Below, one piece after another: positions 40,726-55,195 of a stretch of 64,000 bases of DNA. Every line of letters starts with the position of its first letter. Within the stretch, counting starts at the first letter, position 1. The translations under genes were made by a program, and so were the position numbers. The notes beneath the pieces are model-generated. The model was not told where the DNA came from. It made no database searches and worked only from the letters and a program-made list of their open reading frames with translations. The DNA is from an uncultured Acidobacteriota bacterium (lineage in GTDB: Bacteria > Acidobacteriota > Thermoanaerobaculia > Gp7-AA8). Where the stretch lies: positions 1,952,001 to 2,016,000 of the forward strand of contig CAWGHO010000002.1 in NCBI GenBank assembly GCA_963822445.1, read 5' to 3'.

Positions 40726-41623
40726 GCCGCTGGTCCTGATCGGCGGGCTCGCCGCACGGCATCGCGTCCGCGTGCGCGAGCTGACCCGCGACGCCGTCAC
40801 GTACGCCGAGCCGCTATCCGGGCTGCGCGAGCATTCGTCGATCACCGCCGGGGAGCGGATGATTGCGCGCGGGCGCTTCGACGGTGTGATCCGCGTCGGG
40901 AACGTGCCGACGCTGCGCTTCTGGCGGGATCTGGAGACGCTCGATCTGCCGGTTGTGCATTACAGCGATCTGCCGTTCACCGGGTTGACGCGCGGCGAGG
41001 TGCAGCCGATCTCCGAGCTGCCGCGGATCGAATCGACGGACGACGCGTTTCTGGAAGAAGATCGCGCGTTCGCTGCGCGCATCGCGTCGATCCTCGATGG
41101 CGAGCCTGAATCCGAGCTGGCGATGATGCGCGCGCTGTCGCGCGAGCTGCCGGAAGGAACGCGCGTGTACCTCGGCAACAGCCTACCTATCCGCGAGTGG
41201 GACTTGGTCGCTGCCCGAAAGCCTTTCGAGTACGAGGGCAACCGCGGCGCGAACGGCATCGACGGTCAGCTCTCGACGTTCTTCGGCTGGTGCGACGCCT
41301 CGCGCGACAACGTCTGCATCGTCGGCGATCTGACGGCGATCTACGACCTCGGCGCGCCTTGGATCGTGCCGCAGCTCGGCCACGATCGTTTTCGCGTCGT
41401 GATCATCAACAACGGCGGCGGGCGCATCTTCGGACGGGTTGCTTCGCTGCGCGCGCTCGAGCCCGCCCTGCGCGAGCGGGTCATCGAGAACGTCCACGGC
41501 ATCCGCTTCGATCATTGGGCGGAGATGTGGGGCATCAGCGACCGCGTGACGGAGCTGGTGCCGGATGAAGCGGCGTCGAAACGCGTCTGGCAGAGGTACG
41601 ACGAGCTGTGGAGCCTGCCCTGA
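40709..41623 (+). CDS. menD: MenD middle and C-terminal ThDP-binding domains
   Basis: GNSLPIRE, NRGANGIDG, GDL..YD, INNGGGRIF. Confidence 0.8.
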   Translation: MSRFSKPLVLIGGLAARHRVRVRELTRDAVTYAEPLSGLREHSSITAGERMIARGRFDGVIRVGNVPTLRFWRDLETLDLPVVHYSDLPFTGLTRGEVQPISELPRIESTDDAFLEEDRAFAARIASILDGEPESELAMMRALSRELPEGTRVYLGNSLPIREWDLVAARKPFEYEGNRGANGIDGQLSTFFGWCDASRDNVCIVGDLTAIYDLGAPWIVPQLGHDRFRVVIINNGGGRIFGRVASLRALEPALRERVIENVHGIRFDHWAEMWGISDRVTELVPDEAASKRVWQRYDELWSLP

Positions 41624-42214
41624 GCGGAGTCGAAGGGATCCGCACGCTGCCCGGATTTCTCGGACTCGCTTCGGATTTCGATTTTCTTCCCTGGCCGCAC
41701 AGTCCGTCCGAAGGCGATGTTCTTCTCGGTTACTCGATGGGTGGTCGCCTCGCGCTGAGGCTTCTCGAAGAACGACCGTTTCGCTGCGCGGTCATCGTGT
41801 CGGCGGGTTTGAACGCGCCGGATGACGAGCGCCGCGAACGCGATGAGACGTGGGCGCGGCGATTCGAATCGGAAGACTGGTCCTCGCTCATGCGCGACGT
41901 GGAACGCGCAGCCGGTCTTCGGAGGCCATGTTCTCGAACGACACGAAGCCGACTACGACCGCGCCGAGCTCGCGCGGCAGTTGCGCGAGTGGTCTCCGGC
42001 GGTGCTTCCGCCGCCGCGGCTGGAGTCGATCGAGACGCCGGTTCTCTGGGTCGCCGGAGAGCGCGACGCGAAATACGCCGACATCGCCAAGCGTGCGGTG
42101 GCGCGACTTCCGAACGCGGAGTTGTGGATCTGTCCGGACGCCGGCCATCGCGTTCCGTGGGAGCAGACCGAGGCGTTCGTGTCGCGGTTGCGTGCCTTCC
42201 TCGACCTGCACTAA
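41608..42214 (+). CDS. menH: SHCHC synthase, alpha/beta hydrolase (frameshift near 41898)
   Basis: GFLG, GYSMGGR, WNAQPVF, GERDAKY, AGHRVPWE. Confidence 0.8.
41613..41637. repeat. REP-like repeat unit at the menD/menH junction
   Basis: GCCTGCCCTGAGCGGAGTCGAAGGG (reverse CCCTTCGACTCCGCTCAGGGCAGGC), resembling a widespread intergenic palindromic repeat. Confidence 0.55.
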
Positions 42215-42226
42215 CGTGCCTCGCCT

Positions 42227-43051
42227 ATGGCTGAGACGTGGCACAAGCTGCACGACTTCGAAGACATCAAGTACGAGCGCACCGAGGACGGGATCGCGAA
42301 GATCACCATCAATCGCCCGGAGGTGCGGAACTCTTTCCGGCCGGCGACGGTGGCGGAGCTGAAGGTCGCGTTCGACATGGCCCGCGACGATGGCGACATC
42401 GGCGTGATCATCCTGACCGGCGAAGGACCCGACGCGTTCTGCGCGGGCGGCGATCAGAAGGTGCGCGGCAAGGGCGGGTACGTCGATCCGAAGGAGAAGA
42501 TCCCGCGGCTGAACATCCTCGACGTGCAGAAGCAGATCCGCAGCATGCCCAAGCCGGTCGTGGCGATGGTGGCCGGATATGCGATCGGCGGGGGTCACGT
42601 TCTGCACGTCGTCTGCGATCTGACGATTGCCGCGGACAATGCGCGCTTCGGACAGACCGGGCCGAAAGTCGGATCGTTCGATGCCGGACTGGGCTCGTCG
42701 TACCTGTCGCGGATCGTCGGCCAGAAGAAAGCGCGGGAGATCTGGTTCCTTTGCCGCCAGTACGACGCGCAGCAGGCGCTGGAAATGGGACTCGTCAATA
42801 CCGTCGTGCCGCTCGACCAGCTCGAGGAAGAGACGCTGAAGTGGTGCCGGGAGATGCTGGCACTGTCGCCGATGGCGCTGCGGTTCCTCAAAGCCGCCAT
42901 GAACGCCGACTGTGACGGTCAGGTCGGGTTGCTCGATTTCGGCGGCAGCGCGACACTCCTTTATTACCTGTCCGAAGAGGCCCAGGAGGGGCGGGACGCG
43001 TTCGTGGAGAAGCGCAAGCCGGATTTCAGGAAATTCAAGAGATTCCCGTGA
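42227..43051 (+). CDS. menB: 1,4-dihydroxy-2-naphthoyl-CoA synthase
   Basis: [39 protein letters not shown]. Confidence 0.96.
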   Translation: MAETWHKLHDFEDIKYERTEDGIAKITINRPEVRNSFRPATVAELKVAFDMARDDGDIGVIILTGEGPDAFCAGGDQKVRGKGGYVDPKEKIPRLNILDVQKQIRSMPKPVVAMVAGYAIGGGHVLHVVCDLTIAADNARFGQTGPKVGSFDAGLGSSYLSRIVGQKKAREIWFLCRQYDAQQALEMGLVNTVVPLDQLEEETLKWCREMLALSPMALRFLKAAMNADCDGQVGLLDFGGSATLLYYLSEEAQEGRDAFVEKRKPDFRKFKRFP

Positions 43052-43895
43052 TCCGGAGCGTGGCTTCTCGCGCGCGCGGCCGAAGACGCTGTCCGCCGCG
43101 ATCGTCCCGGTGCTGATGGGCAGCGCGCTCGCGGCGGCGGCCGCGGCGTCCATTGGCTGGGTGTTTGCGTGCGCGCTCGCCGGCGCGGTGCTGATTCAGA
43201 TCGCGACGAATTTCATCAACGACGCGCTCGATTTCAAGAAGGGCGCGGATACGAGCGAGCGGCTCGGGCCGGTTCGGGTCACGCAGGCGGGGCTGATCGG
43301 ACCGCAAGCGGTGATGCGGGCCGCGTTCGCCTGCCTGTTCGGCGCGGCGTTGTGCGGCATTCCGATCGTTTTTCGCGGCGGCTGGCCGATGCTGGTTGTC
43401 GGTGTCGTGTCGATGGTGATGGCTTATGCGTACACCGGCGGGCCGTATCCGCTCGCGTATCACGGGCTCGGTGAATTGTTCGTCATTCTGTTTTTCGGGT
43501 TCGATTGCCGTCGGCGGGACGTATTACCTGCATACGCTGCCGTTGACGCGGGATCGCACTGTTGGCCGGTCTCGCCGCGGGATGTCTGGCGACGGTGCTG
43601 ATCGTGATCAATAACCTGCGCGATGTGGAGAGCGATCAGAAGAGCGCGAAGAAGACGCTGGCCGTGCGATTCGGCGAGCGCTTTGGGCGGGCCGAGGTTG
43701 CGACCTTTGCGCTTGTGCCGTTGTGTCGCTGTCGGTGTCATCACTTTGCTACCGCTCGTCGCGTTGCCTTTGGCGATTGCTTTGATTCTGCGCGTGTACC
43801 GAAGTCGCGGTGCCGAGTTGAATCGTTGCCTGGGAATGGCCGGCGCTCTGCAGTGGAGCTTCGGAATTCTCTTCGTCGCCGGTTGTCTCCTCTGA
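43048..43895 (+). CDS. menA: DHNA prenyltransferase (several frameshifts)
   Basis: [43 protein letters not shown]....KKTLAVR. Confidence 0.85.
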
Positions 43896-44693
43896 TGTCG
43901 ATTCACGTTCATCGCTACGCTCTCGAATGCGCGCCGCGGCGCGTTGATCCGCGTCGATGGGGGATTTGCAGACGTGCATCCCTGGCCGGAGTTCGGCGAC
44001 GCGCCGTTGGATGAACAATTGAGACTCCTGGCGGGAGGCGAGACGACGCCGCTGACGCGCGCGTCGTTGCATTGGGCGCGGGTCGACGCGGACGCGCGAG
44101 CTCGCGGTGTTTCGTTGTTCGAGGGATTGACCATTCCTGAGAGTCATTGGCCGGGAAGCGAGCCGCCGCCTGGATTCGACACGATCAAAATCAAGGGAGT
44201 CATGCCGGTGCCGCCGCACGTTCGATTGCGGATCGATTTCAATGCCCGGCTTTCGGCCGAGGAGTTTCTGCAGATTGCGCCGACCTTACCGAAGGAACAG
44301 ATCGATTTCATCGAGGATCCCTGTCCGTACGACGAAGCGGTCTGGCAGGACTTGCGCGGAAAGACCGGTTTGCGGCTGGCGCTCGATCGATTCGAGGGAG
44401 TGCGGACGTGCTCGTGCATAAGCCAGCGCTGCACACGTCGTTTCCGCGGTTCAATGGCGAGGTCGTGGTTACCTCGTACATGGATCACCCGGTGGGACAG
44501 TTCTTCGCGGCCTATGTCGCGGCTACGAATCGGGTCAGCTGCGCGGTGTGGGTTGTTTACACACGTTCTGTACGAGCCGGACGCGTTCATTGAGCGAATT
44601 CGGAGCGATGGTGCGCGATTGTTGCCGCCGGAGGGAACGGGCGTGGGGTTCGACGAACTACTGGAGGGCCTTCCGTGGACAACGATTGGGTAA
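43895..44693 (+). CDS. menC: o-succinylbenzoate synthase, compact form (frameshifts near 43930, 44400, 44540)
   Basis: GFADVHPWPEFGD, KIK, IDFN, FIEDP, ALDR, GTGVGF enolase-superfamily motifs; TGATG overlap. Confidence 0.75.
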
Positions 44694-45728
44694 TCGACTG
44701 GCGCTCGACGAGTCGCATCTGCTGCTCAATCCGCGCATGCCGCGGGAGGAGCGGCGGCGGCTGGAGACGTACGTCGTCCCGCTTCGCGCCCACGTCTGGC
44801 TGGCCACCTCGGGCACAACGGGCGCATTGAAATTGACGGCGCTGTCGAAAAAGGCGCTGCTCGCATCGGCCGCGTCGGTCAATCGCCATCTCCAGTCCGA
44901 TGAAAAGGACGTCTGGTGCTGTGTGCTGCCGACTTTTCACGTGGGCGGTCTTGGGATTTACGCGCGGGCGTTATTGTCCCGCGCTCGGGTGATTGCCGAG
45001 GCGTGGGATCCGGTGCGGCTTGCGTCGCATGACGAGGTGACCCTGGCGTCGCTCGTCCCGGCTCAGGTTGCCGATCTGGTGCGGCTGGAACTCCGGGCGC
45101 CGCCGTTGTTGCGGGCGGTCATCGTGGGTGGAGGGGCGCTGAGCGAGAGCTTGTACGCGGAGGCGATGGCACTCGGCTGGCCGCTACTGCCGAGTTATGG
45201 GATGACGGAGTGCAGTTCGCAGGTCGCCACAGCCCGACTGGGCTCGGCTGAGCTCGTTCTACTGGATGCTTGGAGGCGCGGGTTGAGAAGGATGGGCGGC
45301 TGGCGTTCCGTGGAGAGCCGCTTTTGACCGGGTACGGCACGGCGGGTGGGTTTATCGATCCGAAGCGACGGGGCTGGTTCGTTACGGAAGACCTCGGCAG
45401 CCTTCGCGGCTCTGTATTAGAGGTGAGCCGCCGGCGCGGAGACTTCGTGAAGATCGGCGGCGAGTCAGTCGACTTGGCCCGACTGGACGCCATCCTGAGC
45501 ACCGTGGCGGGGCCGCACGCGGCGGTCGTAGCCGTCTCCGACGAGCGCTTGGGCCAGGTCATCCACTTGGTGGTCGACGCTACCGCTGATCCTGCCGCGG
45601 TTGGGGCCGCTTTCGCTGAGCGGGTTCATCCGTTCGAGCGACCGCGGCGGGTTCATCAGGTCCGGGAGATCCCCCGTTCTCCCCTCGGAAAGCTCATCCG
45701 TTCGAAGCTTCTCGACCTCCTGGAATAG
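44675..45728 (+). CDS. menE: o-succinylbenzoate-CoA ligase, short form (frameshifts near 44706 and 45270)
   Basis: TSGTTG, LPTFHVGG, SYGMTE, WFVTEDLG, VKIGGE, PRSPLGK. Confidence 0.82.
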
Positions 45729-45912
45729 CACCCGGGGAGGGCCGGTTATGGCTGGTCCCGACGCGGTAAGGCTCTCTGAAAAACGAACGGTAACTCGAAC
45801 GCCAGCAAGGATTTGCGGGCGGGCTCCGATGAAAATCGGCGCTGCCGGTAGCGGGTGGTCGGCTGAAATACCAGCTACCGCCGTCCGGTTATCTGAAGTT
45901 ACCTCGGCGACG

Positions 45913-45941
45913 TTGACAAAGTCGCCGGCGGCACGTAAGAT
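45913..45941 (+). promoter_or_regulatory. rrn promoter P1
   Basis: TTGACA-N17-TAAGAT. Confidence 0.8.
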
Positions 45942-46050
45942 CTTCGGTCCCTGCAGTACAGCTTCCCGATCTTTTCAACCACTGACAATCGAGTAGTTTA
46001 CGTAGTCCGGGTCAACCGGAATGGGTTCGTATCGCACGGAAACATTCCGC

Positions 46051-46114
46051 TTGACACGGACGGAGGGGTCTGGCAATCTTGCCGCCCTTTCGGCGAGGCC
46101 GGGTTCTTTGACAA
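46051..46114 (+). promoter_or_regulatory. rrn promoter P2 and boxA antitermination element
   Basis: TTGACA-N17-CAATCT; GTTCTTTGACAA at 46103, repeated in the ITS near 48332. Confidence 0.6.
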
Positions 46115-46250
46115 CTGAATAGGAAAGCAACGAAGGCAAACGTGATTCCTTTGAGTCCTGAAACATGGACTCGTCAGAAACAAATCAAGAAGTATCCGAA
46201 TAAGCAACAGTCGTTACTGACTGATGCTAGAGCTTCAAATTCAACAGATA

Positions 46251-47795
<1,545 letters not shown>

Positions 47796-47997
47796 CATCG
47801 TCGCCTCGGATCAAAACGAGGTCGTGATTGCAACCTAGGTCGAAAGGAATCGGCTGAGCGCAATGCTCGGCAAGCGTTTTCCCTAGATGTCTTTCCTGTT
47901 CAGTTTTCAGAGAACCATCCTCATTGCCAGTTCTATGAAAATCGAGCGCTGCGGTTGGCCGGAACGGACGGCTATCGACCGACACGAATCCCGAAGC

Positions 47998-48074
<77 letters not shown>

Positions 48075-48078
48075 CGTC

Positions 48079-48160
48079 AAGTCAGAAGGATGAAGGCAGA
48101 AAGCAGAAGTGCTCGCGGGCACGTCTGAGTTCTGCCTTCTGCCTTCTGACCTCTGCCTTT
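48079..48160. repeat. Inverted arrays of imperfect heptamer repeats between the ITS tRNAs
   Basis: About four GCAGAAG-like units followed by about four CTTCTGC-like units. Confidence 0.75.
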
Positions 48161-48164
48161 CCTT

Positions 48165-48240
48165 GGGGCTGTAGCTCAGCTGGGAGAGCACCTGGTTTGC
48201 AACCAGGGGGTCGTCGGTTCGATCCCGATCAGCTCCACCA
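48165..48240 (+). tRNA. tRNA-Ala(TGC)
   Basis: GGGGCTGTAGCTCAG..., TTTGCAA loop, encoded CCA. Confidence 0.97.
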
Positions 48241-48430
48241 ATCACAGCGCTTCGCGCCTTTCCTCGCGAGTGTCAACGGTGTTCACGATCACCTCATCGT
48301 GTGCAGCGTCGATCTTCGCGATTTTCAGCGCTTCTTTGACAATTGAATACGGGTAAGTAAATGAGATGCAAGCGTCATACGTGAAGTAACGTGTGGTAGC
48401 TGCAGATCGCATGAGATCAAGGCACTTTAT

Positions 48431-51394
<2,964 letters not shown>

Positions 51395-51489
51395 TATTTG
51401 TCTTGATTTGATGTTGTCTGCTAGCTACAACGCCGACCATCTCACTGCTACCCGTATTCAATTTGCTTTATCCAACCAGAAACCAAGTT

Positions 51490-51606
51490 TCCGGTGGTCA
51501 TAGAGCGGAGGAAATACCCGTTCCCATTCCGAACACGGCAGTCAAGCTCCGCATCGCCAATGATACTGCGCGGGCAACTGCGTGGGAAAGTAGGACGCCG
51601 CCGGGA
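51490..51606 (+). rRNA. rrf: 5S rRNA
   Basis: CCCATTCCGAACAC, GAAAGTAGG, terminal stem. Confidence 0.97.
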
Positions 51607-51617
51607 TATAATTTTGC

Positions 51618-51655
51618 TAAAGGCCCTCGGGTAAAACCGAGGGCCTTTATTCTTT
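51618..51655 (+). terminator. rrn terminator
   Basis: TAAAGGCCCTCGG-GTAAAA-CCGAGGGCCTTTA followed by TTCTTT. Confidence 0.88.
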
Positions 51656-51663
51656 GTGACGCA

Positions 51664-52401
51664 ATGAGCCGGAAAGCAGCAGAACAGCAGTTCTACGACC
51701 GTTACTACAAGGCCGACCAGGCCCCGTCGCTCAACGGCTTCTACTTCATTTCCGGCGGTCCCGCTTACTACAAGCAGCGCGTCCTGGTCGAGTGCGAGAA
51801 CAAACGCGTCCTCGAGTACGGCTGCGGCACGGGCGGGGCCGGCATGACCTGGGACCTGGCTGACCGCGGCGCGACCGTCACCGCAATCGACATCTCCGAG
51901 ACAGCCATTGCGCTCGCCCGGGAGCGCGCGACGCACTATCCTCCGGGAGTCCTGACACTCGAGCGCGCCGATGCCGAAGCGCTGCCTTTTCCGGACGCGA
52001 GTTTCGACATCATCTGCGGGTCGGGGATCCTGCACCATCTCGACATCCAGCGCGCCATCGCCGAGGTCCGGCGCGTTCTCAAGCCGGGTGGCCGGGCCGT
52101 GTTCTACGAGCCACTCGCGTATAACCCGATCGCGCGACTGTACCGCTTCCTCACCCCGGGCGAGCACACCCCGGATGAGCATCCGCTGACGACTGTGGAT
52201 CTCGCTCTGTTCCGGTCCTCGTTTCCCCAGGCGTCCTTCCGCTGGTTCGATTTCTTCTCGATCGGAGCGATCCCGTTCCTGCGCTTCGCTTCCGGGCGGC
52301 GCTTGCTGCGCGCGCTCGAGGCGGCCGATCGGGCGCTTTTTCGCGCGATGCCGATCGCCCGGCATTGGGCGATGGCCCTCGTCCTCGAGGGCGGCGGATA
52401 G
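51664..52401 (+). CDS. Class I SAM-dependent methyltransferase
   Basis: VLEYGCGTG, DAEALPFPDASFD, ILHHL, LKPGG. Confidence 0.88.
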   Translation: MSRKAAEQQFYDRYYKADQAPSLNGFYFISGGPAYYKQRVLVECENKRVLEYGCGTGGAGMTWDLADRGATVTAIDISETAIALARERATHYPPGVLTLERADAEALPFPDASFDIICGSGILHHLDIQRAIAEVRRVLKPGGRAVFYEPLAYNPIARLYRFLTPGEHTPDEHPLTTVDLALFRSSFPQASFRWFDFFSIGAIPFLRFASGRRLLRALEAADRALFRAMPIARHWAMALVLEGGG

Positions 52402-52433
52402 CCGTCATGGTCGACATGAGCGCGTAGATCCCG

Positions 52434-53657
52434 ATGGCCGTGCAGAACCGAGACATGGTGGCGCTGGTGGTCGGATCCACCGTCGCGTCGGTGCTCAACC
52501 TCGCCTTCGTCGCGTTTGCCGGGAGAGCTCTCGGGCCGATCGAATTCGCCGATTTCTCAGCCGGTCTCGCACTCCTCTACCTGGTCGGGGGAGCGCTCAG
52601 TCCGATCGTGCCGAGCGTCTCTCACTTCGCCGCCCTGCATCTCGAGCGCGGCGATCCCAGCATGATCGCGGCGTTGCGCTGGGGATTGTGGAAGTGGACG
52701 GCGATCGCTTCTGCGGTTCTCGCGCCGTTCGCAGTCGCTGCAACGTTCCTTCTCACCGACGCTCTTCGCTTTCGCTCGCCCGCAACGATGGCGCTCGCGC
52801 TGACCGCGGTGTTCGTTTACGTCTTCGTGACCATCGACCGGGCCGTGCTTCAGGGGTCGTTCCGCTTCCGTGGTTATGCCGTGGCTGCGACCGCCGAGGC
52901 GGCGTTGCGAGTCGCGGGCATTGGGCTGCTGTTCGCATGGCCGTTCGCACGCACGGCGATGGGGTGGTACGTCGGTTCTCTCGGCGCGGCGCTCTTGCTG
53001 TCCGCGTGGCAGTTGCGCCATTTCCGAAGATCGAACGTCCGCGTGGAGTGGCCTGAAGTCCTTGCCTTTGCCGCACCGAACTTTCTGCTCATGCTGAATC
53101 TCGCTGTGCAGCAGAATGCAGATGTCCTGGCGGTGAAGCTCTGGATGCCTGCGTCGGACGCTGGTAATTACGGTGCGGCGGCGGTTCTGGTACGGGCGGT
53201 CGGCATCGTAGCCGTACCGCTCGCCGCAATTGCGGTTCCCGTCCTGACGGTGCTGCGCGAGCGGAAGCAGCCCATCGGCGCGGCGCTACTGCGGACGTTC
53301 GGAACGTTCGTGCTTCTCGCGGCAGCGGGCGTCACGATCGCCGTAATGTTTGCTGACGACGTTTTGCGTTTGCTCTACGGCGCGGAATTCGCTGGCGCCG
53401 CGCCAGTGCTGCGGCGCCTTGTCGGCGTAGCGATGCTGTCATGGCTGGCCTATCTCATGGCACAGTCCCTGGTGGCACTGCACCGCTTCCGATTCCTTTG
53501 GTTGTACAGCGCGATCACAGGCGTCCAACTCGCCGGCTTCGCCCTCCTCCACCGCGACGTCACTCAAATCATCGCGGTCCAGTTGGTCTGTCAGGCAGTA
53601 CTCGTCGTGATCCTGACTATCGCGGCGGTGCGTGCGGCGCAGGCTCGCGCGGTCTGA
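52434..53657 (+). CDS. Wzx/MOP-like oligosaccharide flippase
   Basis: About 12 TM segments; RALGP.EF, DAGNYGAA, LLYGAEF motifs. Confidence 0.75.
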   Translation: MAVQNRDMVALVVGSTVASVLNLAFVAFAGRALGPIEFADFSAGLALLYLVGGALSPIVPSVSHFAALHLERGDPSMIAALRWGLWKWTAIASAVLAPFAVAATFLLTDALRFRSPATMALALTAVFVYVFVTIDRAVLQGSFRFRGYAVAATAEAALRVAGIGLLFAWPFARTAMGWYVGSLGAALLLSAWQLRHFRRSNVRVEWPEVLAFAAPNFLLMLNLAVQQNADVLAVKLWMPASDAGNYGAAAVLVRAVGIVAVPLAAIAVPVLTVLRERKQPIGAALLRTFGTFVLLAAAGVTIAVMFADDVLRLLYGAEFAGAAPVLRRLVGVAMLSWLAYLMAQSLVALHRFRFLWLYSAITGVQLAGFALLHRDVTQIIAVQLVCQAVLVVILTIAAVRAAQARAV

Positions 53658-53674
53658 CGGCTATACTCCTCACC

Positions 53675-55195
53675 GTGTCGCGCCGCCGCTCCGAACTGCT
53701 CATTCTGGCGGCGCTGATCGTCGCGCTCGTCGCGCTCCGGTTCTCGCTCCATTGTGGCAGTGGACCGTATGGCGTCGACGGCAGCTACTATCTGCAAGTC
53801 GCACGCAGCGTCGCCGAGGGGCGCGGGCTGATGACGCATGTCGACCTGTACCACCAGGGACTCGACCCGCTTCCCGCACCGACGAACATTTATCCCCTTT
53901 GGCCCCTGCTCCTTGGTGGTACGGCGCGTCTGATCGGGATGACGGCGGCCGTTCATCACGTCTCGCGAGTGTTGTACGTGGTGACGCTACTGCTGCTCTA
54001 TGCGTGTACTCGGAAAATCACGGAACGGCAGTCGGTGGCCGGCCCGTTCAACGCGGCGCATCTCGTCGTGTTGCTCTTCGGACTCAACAGCCTGTTCTTC
54101 GACGCGACCACGTTCCCGTACACGGAAGGACTCGCTTTCACGATGGCCACGGCGGCGTTGCTGAGCGTCTTTAGGGATCATGAGGCATGGCGCTTCGTCA
54201 CCGGGGTCTTGACAGGCCTGGCGCTCCTGACGCGCTCGCAGATGCTGGTCCTGGCGATCGCCATCGGGATCGCGCTGGTATTGGCGGCTTACCGCGCGCG
54301 CGACTGGAAGCCGCCAGTGCTGTTCGCGGTCGGAACGGTCATTACGGTCGGGCCGTGGCTGGTGTGGATGACGACATTCGCGCGTCCTTTCTCGCTGAGC
54401 CTCATCTGGGCGAGCTACCACCAGACGGCGGCGGTGCCGGCCTATCCGCTCGGCTACCCGACCGCGACGGCGCTCGAGTGGCTGGTCGTTCGCCTGCGCG
54501 GCCTCGGCGTCATGTTCCGCGTCGGAGATTCCAACTCCTTCGTCGCGCTCTTCGGCGCAGCCGCGTTCCTTGTGCCGCTTGCGTTGTTGCATTGGATCGT
54601 TCGCGTCCGGCGCGAGCGGCCCGTCATCGCCCCGCCTGTGCTCGCCGTCGTGCTGGCCGGCTCGTTTCTCTCATTCATGCTCTTGCTGACGCCGCAACAG
54701 TTCTTTCGTATGTGGCTCTTCGGCTGGCGGCACGGCCTGCCGCTCATTTTCCTGATTGCAGTCTCGCTCGTGGAGCTCGTTGCGTTCGGTAAACCGCTCG
54801 TGCGGGGCGCGGCGGTCCTGCTGACCACGATCTCGATCGTGGCCGGCGCCGCGGACGTGATTGCCACGGTACGACGGGGGCCGCCGCGCGGACTGTCGCC
54901 GGTCGAGCGGCAGCTCACGTCCTGGCTCGATGAGAACGCGCGGGGATCGATCGTATTGACGACGAACGCGCAGGTACTGGCTCCCTATAGTCACGCGAGC
55001 TTCCGCTGGGCGACGTGCGCAGAGCCGGCGCACTACACGCGAGCGATTCTCGATCACGTGCGCACCGATTACGTCGCGTTGTACGAGCGCGAGCGGGACT
55101 GCGCATTCGTCCGCGGTCTGGGCGACGAGTTGGCGCCGGCGGTGATGTTCGGCCGTGCGCCGAACCGGATCATGCTCCTGCGAAACCGTCAGTAG
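53675..55195 (+). CDS. GT-C fold membrane glycosyltransferase (PMT/ArnT-like)
   Basis: DGSYY..ARSVAEGRG after TM1, YPLWP, TEGL, LALLTR; GTG start after TATACT. Confidence 0.7.
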   Translation: MSRRRSELLILAALIVALVALRFSLHCGSGPYGVDGSYYLQVARSVAEGRGLMTHVDLYHQGLDPLPAPTNIYPLWPLLLGGTARLIGMTAAVHHVSRVLYVVTLLLLYACTRKITERQSVAGPFNAAHLVVLLFGLNSLFFDATTFPYTEGLAFTMATAALLSVFRDHEAWRFVTGVLTGLALLTRSQMLVLAIAIGIALVLAAYRARDWKPPVLFAVGTVITVGPWLVWMTTFARPFSLSLIWASYHQTAAVPAYPLGYPTATALEWLVVRLRGLGVMFRVGDSNSFVALFGAAAFLVPLALLHWIVRVRRERPVIAPPVLAVVLAGSFLSFMLLLTPQQFFRMWLFGWRHGLPLIFLIAVSLVELVAFGKPLVRGAAVLLTTISIVAGAADVIATVRRGPPRGLSPVERQLTSWLDENARGSIVLTTNAQVLAPYSHASFRWATCAEPAHYTRAILDHVRTDYVALYERERDCAFVRGLGDELAPAVMFGRAPNRIMLLRNRQ

